A DNA stretch of 64,000 nt from the NCBI GenBank assembly GCA_053919585.1, contig CM132785.1. The stretch is one strand, 5' to 3'. Positions 53,165 to 64,000 of this stretch are shown here, in pieces (positions within the stretch are counted from its first letter, which is position 1; every line of letters starts with the position of its first letter). Position numbers and translations under genes: made by a program. This DNA comes from Euprymna scolopes. Lineage: Eukaryota. Under the pieces are notes generated by a model, which saw only the letters and a list, made by a program, of their open reading frames with translations, had not been told where the DNA came from and did not search any database.

Positions 53165-54669
53165 TTTTATAGTTACATTTTTCTCCCCCTTGAATAAAGA
53201 AGATAGTGACACCAACAAGTTATTTTAACAGGTAAATAAAGAGCATAAGTCCTCAACAAATGCAAAAATGAAAAGAACGGCAGAGATCGGAAAATTTTAA
53301 TTTTATAATTTTGTTTGCATTGCTTTTTTTATTTTTATTTTATATAAACAAAGGAATTGAAAAGGGAAATAATGACAAAAATGAGAGTCTTCTAAAGTTC
53401 TCAATTGCAAAGTAGTAGGACACTAATAAAATTCTCAGAGCATCGAAATAATTTTCTCACTCAGCAGGGTAACGTATTGAGCAGAACTATAAGGGTAAAA
53501 GTCAACCAAAGTGAACGCGCTTATCCTAATGCCATTTAAATTGTGTCTGCAGCAATAAAAACACCACATAAGCCATGTAAACAGAGAAACTTAAACGATA
53601 TAGAGAATAAAAATGATTCCATCACCAACCTTTCCACTGGGTTAAATCCAGGTAAAGAATATTAATTCACATATGATGATCTCATGCTATCCATGGCCTT
53701 CTTTTTTTCCTTTTCTCTTTTCTTTTTATGCTCTTTTTCCTTGTGTACGAAAGAAACCCCACGACCCGTTAAACTTACGGCCTTAAGCCCTATTTTGTTA
53801 AGTCGAATCCACTGCTTGCAAAAATTAAGTAAATCGATGGTTTGCAAGTACACGATAATCTCGGGTCGTAGGATGTCCATCATGGGGAGATGCGTACTTC
53901 CAACTCGAGTTGAACCCAGGTTATAATTTTATTTCCGTCAGAAATAAAATATTTTTCTATTTCTTTTCGTTACAGTTGCAAGTTAGTAACTCCAAACTTA
54001 AACCCTTGTGCCATCCAATTCAGAAATCAAAAAGTCTAAGTATCTATAAAATACACCCAGACTGTTTATTCATTTCAAAACGCCCTTGTTACGTTTCTCG
54101 CATTTGCCATTGCATATCTGTCAACTATTGCAGGTTTTGACGCGATTTCCACTGTTTCTTTACCCTCGGTGGCGAGAACTCACGAGTGGAATTCCTTACA
54201 CGTTCACTGTTGCTTCAAGAGTAATTTATCCCACACGTGCCTGGTTTTGCACGTGTCCTTGCCCACACGTTAAATGAAAAGCGTTAATTTGGTTGGCCAG
54301 ATTTGTTCGCTATCCTGCACCATTTTTTTTTTATTTTTATTAAATATGATTCTTTATTTTATATCGTTTTTTGAACTCTGTGTTGTACTTACTGATATCT
54401 GTTTGTCTACAGAATGTATGATGGTACAAGGACAATATTTTTCACCATGATAGCGAAACACGTAAAAGAGTAAGAAAGAGATCGAATTCAAAACTCTATA
54501 ATTGATGTTTTCCTAATTACGAAGCTTTCACAATAAAAACTATCGCATTTCAGCCTCATAACAAAACAAATGTCACGTAATATCATACCAGTATGATTTA
54601 ATTTCGCATTGACTTATTATAAGCTTTTTGCTCAAATGTTTTATTTGGTTGTTTAAGGTATCAATTTAT

Positions 54670-54760
54670 ATATGGCATAATCACGTTGACCACAGGTTCC
54701 CGTTAGATCACCGAAGTTAAGCAATGTTTAGCCTAGTCAGTACTAAAATGGGTGACCATC
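54670..54760 (+). pseudogene. 5S rRNA-derived sequence (pseudogene or SINE3 head)
   Basis: CACGTTGA..GGTTCCCGTTAGATCACCGAAGTTAAGCAA..AGTACT..ATGGGTGACC matches roughly 5S positions 10-92; the 5S 3' end is missing. Confidence 0.85.
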
Positions 54761-55469
54761 TCAGCGTTGTTTCCAGTCGTCTAACACTTCTCCTTGAACT
54801 GGGCTCAATCAGTGTCTATTTATTAAAGGTGTTGGAGAATTGCGCAACCCTTGCCTCACAATTACCAGCGAAGCTACCCTTACAGGGTAGGATTCATTGT
54901 CTCTTGAGACTGGACGTATACAGCGATCAATTTAAAAAAAAAGTGGCCCTATCACATTTTGCTTTGGAACTCTTAAAATACAGACATTAAACTACAGTAT
55001 AGTTAGCAAATAGAAAATATAAAAATAATATAAAGTAAACGAAAATTATAATTGTTTTCTGATTATTTCTATTGGTCATTAGGAAAGCAATTAATCAGTA
55101 TATATACTTTTTAAGGCAGAATTATGTCTTCACTAAGCTTATTATTGTAACATTTAGACTACATTGTAAGGAATATGTACCTAAACACATGTTTATATGA
55201 ACTCAAGATATACATAAATATTTTATTTTCATTTATAATTTTATTTGGGTATATGCATTTAGATACACTTAATGGGTCTGTGTTCTTCTTATATGCGGAA
55301 GTGATGTTGATGAAAATTAATTAATTTGAGTCTTGAAGGTACTATTTGTATTATTTCTTGTACTGTTTGCACACAAGCATTCAGGAATCAATGTTCAAAG
55401 GTTTATTAGGGAAGCCACTAGTAGTATATCAATTATATAATGATATAATAATTAATATTATGTATGTAA

Positions 55470-56042
55470 CTAGTAGGACGCCCGGCGTTGCCCGTTTTTG
55501 AAATAATCGTAAATATCATATTTTAATTAATGCATAATTCTTATTTATTATAAACAGAAATAGCGTAGGTATTAAACGTAAAGTTTAATTTTCTTTATAA
55601 AAACATGAAGCAAATAAAAAGAAAAGAAACATAGCAATGTGAAATATGTTTTTTTTCTTAACAGTTCACTTCTTGTAAGTAAAAATACTAGAGCTGGGAT
55701 CGAAAACAAAACCTTAAGAGACTGAGTCAATAGGATAACCATTAAATCCGCTTGACATAACGCTTAAATAGTTTTCAACCCAGCTAATACTATACAATAC
55801 TGTCATATTTCACGACAGTAGTTAAACAGTTGAAAGCACATAAACATCCGATTGCCTCCCTCGTATTAAGTTTTTCATCCCTTATCAGCCCTTTTTTCCT
55901 GATGGAAACCGAGTATAATGTTATTACCCTGTCTGAATCCCCTATATACAAATTTTCAAGTCTGTAGATCAAAGAATTGTTGACTATATAAGTTGCGAAA
56001 TGTCCTCATTCACATACATTTTAACTTTTATGGATATACAGA
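55470..56042 (-). mobile_element. Complete non-autonomous Helitron, family H1
   Basis: A|TCTGTATATCCATAAAAG ... CGGGCAACGCCGGGCGTCCTA-CTAG|T. Confidence 0.85.
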
Positions 56043-56249
56043 TTAGTTTATTTCTAATGAGGGGCAAATGCATCTAATGAAAAACTACACTTATTTTATG
56101 TAGTACTGATAAGCAATGCGTACACAAGAATTGCAGTTGAATCGCTGGTTGGTCGTGATAATCAGCTTGCGTGAAAAGGCAGTAACACAATGAGAAGGCA
56201 GAAATCATAAAAGTATATAATACCTGATTACTGTAGGAATACTTAATAT

Positions 56250-56745
56250 AAATGTGTCAAAGCATCCTGAATGAAGTGAAACATACAGAATAAACAATGC
56301 ATGTTTTAAAAAGCAAGCGTTTAGATGCAAATAAAAATAAATTTATTGTTATTTTTTTTCTAATTAATTTCGTATTTAAAATCCCTCGCCAGAGACATAC
56401 TTCTTAACTTTTGGTCTTTTTTTTTCCTCGGAAGTAAAAAATCCATCTTCGGGTTGTTGCTGTTGTTGTTGTTATCGAGATCACGCTGGCTTGTATTGCA
56501 CTTAACTCCAGCTGAATTTTTTTTTATTAAGTTGAAAAAGCATGGGTTAGCCAAATATAAAGTTGAAAATGTGTCGACTCTTAGAAACATCTTGAATGAA
56601 ATGAAAAATGTAGGATAAAAAGAGCAAGTGATTTTAAATAAAAACGCTTTTAGATGCAAATAAGAGAATTTTATTTTATTTTTTCTCTCCTAATTAATTT
56701 CGGATTTAAAATTTCTCGTCAGATAAATAGTTCTTTTAGTTTGAA
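56250..56745. repeat. Diverged direct repeat (~320-bp offset)
   Basis: TTTAGATGCAAATAA..TAATTAATTTCG.ATTTAAAAT..CTCG.CAGA occurs twice. Confidence 0.7.
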
Positions 56746-56899
56746 AATTGGTGTCAGTGAATTTGTAAATTTATGTTCTGTCCCGCCGACAATCTTTGGA
56801 GTCAGCTTCAATAATCCTGTTAACACACACGTCCGTTCGTATAAATCACCGTCTTTAAATTCATCGGTAGTTCTTTTTATCGTTTCTTTTATGCATCTT

Positions 56900-58618
56900 G
56901 TATAATCTTATTTTCATAGAGTCTGCGTTACTCACACGTGATCGTTAAATACAAAAGCGACGTGGTCATTTTAGCTTTGTTTACTTTTATTACTATTTTT
57001 CCTTAAGCGAATGAACACGACAGCCGTGTTAGTCAATTAAGCTACGATTTCCCCTATCCCGCCTGATATCATGATCAAAAACAGGACAGGGAGCAGTATC
57101 CGTCTTTGTTGAGTACTTCTTCGAAGAGGACTGACGCGAGCCTCACTCTCATGCGTACTCTCGTCAGTGGGTCGGCTTTCAATAGACACCCCATCAGGTA
57201 GAAGGTTACTAGCATCTGAATCATTGTCAAGATAGATTAGCCGCTCACTATACTCAGAATAACTTTCGTCACTTGATAAGTGCATACCTATTACTGGTTG
57301 AAAGTCTTTAACGTGCCATGAAACCCTATTAACTTTCGAAGACTGCGTGCTGATCACTTCAGTAACTCGACCCGTGTTATATTTTGTTGTGCATTTGCCA
57401 CACGGGTTTTTACCCAAACGTCTCCTTCTTCATACTTCCCTCTAGTCACCTTTGATTAGGGCAGTAGGTTAGCTTCAACAATGTGAACATGATATCTATG
57501 TAGCACGTCAGCTGGCGCGGTGCACAGTGAACCGCCATCCTTTGGGGTGACCTTGTGCAAGTATTCCGACTCCAATAGTGAAAAATTATTTCTGACTGCG
57601 ATGGTCTTAATGATTCTACGACTTCTTTCTACAATTCCCTTTCCATTCACTAAATATGCACATCAAAACCGCAGATATACGTCCCAAATTTTTTTTTTGC
57701 ATTAAAGCAGTGTTGTTTGGTGGGTTTCCTGAGCGGGCCTTTGCTTGCAAATTTTTGGCAAGGCTCCCAACCGGAGCAAATCAACTCCTGTGGGCTAGCT
57801 CAAGCATAACTTCATTGTCCCTTAATTGCCTGGTAGACTGGGTCAGCACCGTGATGAAGAATACTTTTCAGCTGAGAGAGAAAGTTGACAGTGACGAATT
57901 CTAGCTACCCTTTTGCTCATTTTATTTATTTTATTTTGTTTTGCTGTTTACCAGCCCATTTAACTGCAAGCTATTTCGGCGTAATGGGATGATGAAACAG
58001 CCGACGATCTGTTGTTTTGCATGGTGAAGGAGACCATCGCAAGGGTAAAGTAGGATAATACCGCCAAAGAAGACAGGGAGACAAACTAAACGGGTGGGTG
58101 GATGCGAGCTCTCTGGCAATTGGTGTGCTGTTGGAGAAGAATGGGGCTGCGATTGAGGACGCCTGCTGGTTGCGACCGGCGAATGACGCTGCTCATATCA
58201 ATCTGGCAGAGCTCGATGCGGTGATAAAAGGTATCACCCTGGTACTCCAGTGGAAAGTCAGGAAATTACGCATACACACGGATTCGCTATGCGTGTGCCA
58301 CTGGACATCGGACACACTGTCAGGGAAACCAGGGTGCACAGTAAGCCAGCCAGCGAGATGTTGATCAAACGGAGGTTGAAAACCGTAAAAAAGCTGGTAA
58401 CAGAGTACAATCTGTCTGTGGATGCGGTATTGTTCACTTCTAATTGCAACCTTGCTGATAGGCTCAATCGGGTGCCACAGAGATTGTATGACACCATGAA
58501 GAAGAAAACCGAAATAGCTTGCAGTAAAATGGGCTGGTAAACAGTAAAACAAAATAAAATAAATACAATAAGCAAAAGTCCAGCTAGAATTCAGCACTGT
58601 CAACTTTCTCTCTCAACT
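56900..58618. mobile_element. Scrambled Gypsy-type LTR retrotransposon remnant (integrase/PPT on minus; gag and RT-link/RNase H on plus)
   Basis: Integrase NG.GIVER..R.IKT at 57456-57650 minus; purine tract near 57050; gag-like FLARLP at 57720-57865 plus; RNase H VDASS..AELDA..HTDS..N.AD.L.R at 58098-58508 plus. Confidence 0.8.
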
Positions 58619-58764
58619 TCCAGCACGTGTTCTCCAAATTACCTCTGCCAACAGGCATTTTAATGGAAAACTGATCCCATTTCATTTGCATAGTGTGCAG
58701 TGGAAGATGAGATATTGTGAGATCTACGAGACTATACCTTATAAATCCATTACTGCCATCTTAA

Positions 58765-58767
<3 letters not shown>

Positions 58768-58803
<36 letters not shown>
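58768..58803. repeat. (CT)n microsatellite
   Basis: Direct reading. Confidence 0.97.
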
Positions 58804-58805
<2 letters not shown>

Positions 58806-59339
58806 ATCCCATCCGAAGTAAGTTGTATAACCGCATAATACACACACAAACGGCCGCTTTCTTCTTTGGTTATTACATTCAACTCTACAGATTATAAGAA
58901 TTCGAAATTCTGCTAATTCTTACAACCAATGTTACTACTGTCAATCAATGGAAGAGTTTTTCCAGAATGTTTACACTGTGTGATGATGTATTCAAGTTTA
59001 ATATAGTCGACCATGGTTGACATCTGTTGCACGGTGAAAATGATATTTCAATATTTAGACATAAATCTTGTGACACCATAGAAAAATGAAATCTGAACAG
59101 TATATGGAGATGTTCACAGAACAGATTTTTTGCATTGTGAGCTTGCGTTAGTAGATATACAATAGTTAAATTAGCAGGGCCAGTTTGTCGGGGGCGAATA
59201 AGTGAAACAGGCAGAAAACTGATATGAATAGATTCGAGAGAAAGAAGGATAAAGAAATATCTGGAGAGAGATAGATTTCTTTAAATCCTAAAAACCGTCA
59301 AACAGTTGTCATCTCATAAACCAGATGTAAACACGAGGG

Positions 59340-59515
59340 TGATGATGATGAAGTTGGTATTGATGATAATATTGGTGATAGATGATGATGATGATGATGA
59401 TAATAATGATGATAGTAACGATGATGAGGTTGATATTGATGATTATATTGGTGGTAGATGACAGTATCGATGATAGTGATGATTATAATGATTATGCTAG
59501 TGATGATATATTATT

Positions 59516-59591
<76 letters not shown>
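59340..59591. repeat. (GAT)n microsatellite with degenerate flank
   Basis: Direct reading. Confidence 0.97.
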
Positions 59592-59592
<1 letters not shown>

Positions 59593-62131
59593 TGGAATAT
59601 TTCACAAAGAATGTTAGAGATATGTGATCAGAAATTACCTTAGAAATTGATGTTACAGATTCCCGAGCAACGTCATATACTTCATTAGTTTTAAACAAAT
59701 CAATTTTATTTTCATTTAATTCAAGGAAGTTTTAATACCGATATTCTTTGCAATAATTGTTTATGATGTGTTTTATACTATTATAAATTATGCGATTTTC
59801 ATTTTTATTATTTTTTATACAATTCCGTTTATATCTGAAATGTTTCTCGAATTTATCGCTTTCTCTAAAGAACCTTATCTGATTGGCTGCGCATTTCCCA
59901 TTTATTTTTAAAATATCGGTTGTTTATGTTTTTTTGCGGTTTCCGCGTAAGTTAATGTCTTCGCTTAATAATTCAATTACATATTCAAATTCATTATCTA
60001 CTTTCATTCTTTTCAAGCATTTAATCGATTTGTATGTGTTTTCGTAGTTTATTTTTTGCATTGTCTCAACACGATTTATTATTAAAATGAGAATCTGGAA
60101 ATATAGAAGCTGCGATCGATGCTAAATTAAAGTAAGGAAAGGTAAACTTCATTTTAATGAGTGGTTTCATTTTTTTTTATATTCATTTTTAAAATTTATT
60201 TCATTATAAACATTTTATTCAGAATAAACAAAAGAATTATATGTTTGTGAATCCCTCGCTATTGATTGTGAAGCATTATGCATTCAGTAAATGGGTTCCA
60301 ACCGCTTGATGATAGGAATGAGGCAAGCAATAATAGCTCAAATCCAGGTGAGCTGCTAAAGCATTTAAACCATCGGTGAATATGAAGAGGATCACAATAG
60401 TGCAGCCGGGGATTTTCTCTCGGGCCCAAAGGCATCAGACACCAGACCATTCTTGAGATGTTTTTGTCCCCTGTTGCTTAAGATATTTTTTTTTATCCAG
60501 TACTAGAAAATCCACTTTCTCCCTTTAAGATGTTAGATTATTGCTGATCGTCTAAATGATTTCAGTTCGTATGGGGGAGCACAGAGATATTTTTCAAGCC
60601 ACATAGATCTTTCCATATGGCGCTTGCTACTCATAGTGCACTTTCTGACCCTTGTGTCACATAATCCCATCATGGGAAGGAAATAAATATCAGAGAGGAG
60701 CGCCATTGAAATCAATACTGTTTTCTCTGCCGTTTACTATCCAGTTTAAAACGAGCTTCATTTCAATTATAATGCAAATGAAAATAGAGGATGTTTTCAG
60801 AGGCGGCGAACTTTCAATTGAAAGAAACCACAGAAAAATATATTTTATTATACAAGTATGTAATTTGTTTCAAATATTAATTATTGCCATTAATTATTTA
60901 AATAAAATTTCGGACATATGGCCTCCTCGCCTCGCGTATATATGGCGGAATTAAGAGGTCTAATTTCACAACTACGTATTTTCGGCAATAACTTGTCGAT
61001 TCTTGTCTTCAAAGTGGCCAACTAATCCTGTTTATCAGCATAGACATCGGATTTCTTCACAAATCTCGAATGAAAATTATCTAATGGAAGTAAACTGTAC
61101 GATCGAGGTGGCCAGTTGACGGGTTCATTTCGTGGAATTATTCATTCATCACATATCTCTCATTAATCGTATCACGCGCTGTGTGGCATGTAGCTCCGAT
61201 CTTCTGAAACCACCTGATTATTTGTTCGCCAAAGCTAGACTCAGAACAACTGATAGTTGCTAAATCTGCAATTAAAGAAAACAGATTTGTTAATTTAAAG
61301 TCCGAGGCCTCTAAAAGAACACACAATATAAGGTAGTCAGAAGCTATCATATTATCACATGCTTGGAAGACAGGTTAACATCAAGATAATCTTAAAATAG
61401 CCAACGTAGGTAACAACGCCCCTCCTTATATGAACGATTATGTATGATAACTATTAACCACCTGTACCTGATAACGTATGACAATATAAATTGCGCGTTT
61501 GAGAAACATTACAATAAAAACGAATAGTAGGTCAGCTGTGTTTTTAGTTTTCACATCAATTCAATTTTTGGGGTTTTACTTTTAGTTTTGTCTTTCGAAC
61601 TCCAAGATAGGTCCATTAACTTGTTTTAAATCCCACACATTCCATGAGCGACGTTTCTTACAAACAAGGTTCGATTTATTGTGAAAATCGATCTATCAAA
61701 TACTTACCGTTGGCTAGGTTTTTTTGTTGTTATTGTTTTTACCTTGAAACACATTCTTTTCCTTACTCTATTTTATTTGTTTGCTTTAAGTAGCTTCGCC
61801 ACATGCCCGTGGCTATTTTCGTAGAAAATAATTACGTATAACCTATTTCTTTCTTCTGTGCGATTTTTTATTTGTGTTGCGATTTCACATGTATTTTGTC
61901 TAGTGTATTTGATCTGAAATGGTAGATACATTTAGAACAAGGCCCTTCTATTGACTATTAAAAAATAATTTGCCAATCATTACGTTCCGATTTTGCTCTG
62001 TGTCTTCTGGTGTTTTTATTTGTTTGGTATCATTTATTTCACATTTTGTCAAAGTTCTCAGAAATCAAGGGGAAATTTCTGGGGTAACATTTAATATCCA
62101 TATGAGATACATAGATATTCAAATATTCTTT

Positions 62132-62403
62132 GGTCCTGGATATGAACTAAAACTATATCCAGTGGTGAGGCCCCAACTTGCGGGCTTAGGGGAGTGTGGA
62201 GCCACCCTTTAATTGCCACTGCTCCCAGGTCAACTATGACCCGGAGTGGTAGTACCTGTTAGGGTCCTAACTATGAGTTAAATAGAAACCGACTTGAAAA
62301 CAACAAATATATTCTATTAAAAAAAATTCTTCAAAATCTTTGGATTGGGCATTAAATAATCTGAAAAGGGTTGATATGCCGTAAAACAAAATCAACCAAC
62401 CAA
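62132..62403 (+). mobile_element. SINE-like retroposon family S with 11-bp TSD
   Basis: TSD TCAAATATTCT at 62119-62129 and 62404-62414; homologous to 20152-20428. Confidence 0.85.
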
Positions 62404-64000
62404 TCAAATATTCTATTACCGTTCTCTTTTATCTCTCAAACATTGAGTTAGTAAAGAAGTTGAGAACATAATTTTCCTCTCCCAGATTGACTATGTAAAT
62501 ATGTTGTAGTAGACCTTTCTTCTGGTATGTATGTCATACTAGATTCCAGAACAAGAATCCATCTAGTCAGGTGTAGTATCCAGCGTCGTGCTGTAACCTG
62601 AGAAAGTATAGCAATCCTCGCATAAACAATAATATCGAGGAGATATTAATTGGATCGCGAAAACAATGTGATTTTGAATGTTTAGTTATGGTTTATTTGT
62701 AGAATAAAATATTCTTATTCCAGGTTGTTCTGACAAAATACTGGACAGAAAGACCTTAGACACTCGAGGATAGTGTTTAATAGGCATTCAAGTTTTCTCT
62801 TTCCTTTACGTTTATCACAAGATTCCTGGTTATATATCCAACGTGTAGAAATAAGATTGAACCAACACACATATGCTTCCTGATAAGTCTGTACAATAAC
62901 ATATGTTGATCAGTATTTATTTTAATATTGTAAAACACATAGAATATATGTTTTCAGATATCATCATTGTGGCTTCCATTACGCATTAAGAGATGATGGA
63001 TAATTCCTGTAAAACTAACTGCACGTTTAATTGTGAAGCAAGAGTTGCGCAATCAATTAATATATCTTGCTGTTTAGTGCTACGAAATAAGATTGTCTGA
63101 AGATATTTGCATCCTGACTGAAAATATTTCAATCACTGTTGTTATTGTTATTTATTTTATTTTCAAGACTCGCTGATGTGCAGCAAAATCTAAAACAAAA
63201 ACAGCAATTTTCCCTACAAAAACAGCAAACCAAACACCATAAATAAATATATGAAAATATAAAGAAATTGAAATACATTTTTGCAAAAATTACTGAATTC
63301 AACATTAAATAACACGTAAAAGGTTGATATGCCGTAAAACAAACAACTAAATCAAGCTCCAATAATGTATATAGCAAGAAAAAAATAACCAGACCAATCA
63401 CCAATCTTAGTTGGTACTGCTTGATTCCAGTGGTGAGAACAATACAAAGACGACTCAAACAATGCTTGGATAAGCGGAGAGCCCCTTCAGAAATATACAG
63501 AAGAAACTTTTGAGACCTGTGTTTATGGAAATGTTTTAATTACGTATGCATATAGACTGTGTTAATCTATCTTGTCTGTGTAAGAGAATATTGGCATACA
63601 TTGTATTAGATTTTTATAATAAAGAGCGTTATTAACTATTTATTTTAATAATATAAAAATCGGACCGTAAGCGTTTTTATACAATTATTTGTAGAAAAGT
63701 TTTGAATTATTTACGCATGCAAAACATAATCCCGAAGTTATTCTATCGATCTTCTAAAAACTCTATGAGCCGTTTATGCATAATTTTTTTTATTATTTTG
63801 TTAATGATTCGACAACCCATAATTGATCACATGTTAAATTCTTGTTCTGACATAATTTAATCATAATATGTTGAAATGTTCAAGTAGACGCATGTTTTTA
63901 GATCACTCTAGGTATGGCTATGCTCAAGTCATGGTGATGAATATATTATCTTCGGAATGGTAAAATTAATTTCTCTATTTGACCTCTGGAATGATTGCGG

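Noticed and set aside
54670-54790. Functional 5S rRNA gene
   Set aside because: Many substitutions; the 3' ~25 nt and the oligo-T terminator are missing.
59458-59698. Poly-Asp / poly-His ORFs
   Set aside because: They are translations of a (GAT)n microsatellite.
62486-62524. AG/GT-bounded exon candidate
   Set aside because: Stop codons in all three frames and no supporting evidence.

Overview
AT-rich eukaryotic (invertebrate-animal-like) intergenic or intronic DNA made up almost entirely of transposon relics and microsatellites. I could not identify an intact host protein-coding gene. Main contents: (1) six CR1-group (Zenon-like) single-ORF APE-RT LINE copies from two families, all on the minus strand; two are full length and share a 5' UTR core that is more conserved than their ORF and shows compensatory base pairing. 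(2) An RTE-clade LINE with a clean twin-priming 5' inversion and an 11-bp TSD. (3) Several non-autonomous Helitrons, many palindromic MITEs, and decayed Tc1/mariner, P-like and possibly Crypton coding remnants. (4) A scrambled Gypsy remnant whose RNase H segment is bracketed by ~108-bp inverted repeats. (5) A 5S rRNA-derived copy. (6) A striking density of minimal hammerhead-ribozyme (HHR) motifs from at least three repeat families, including a tandem tRNA-head+HHR unit. All family assignments come from motif recognition by eye, not database searches, and boundaries of decayed elements are approximate.
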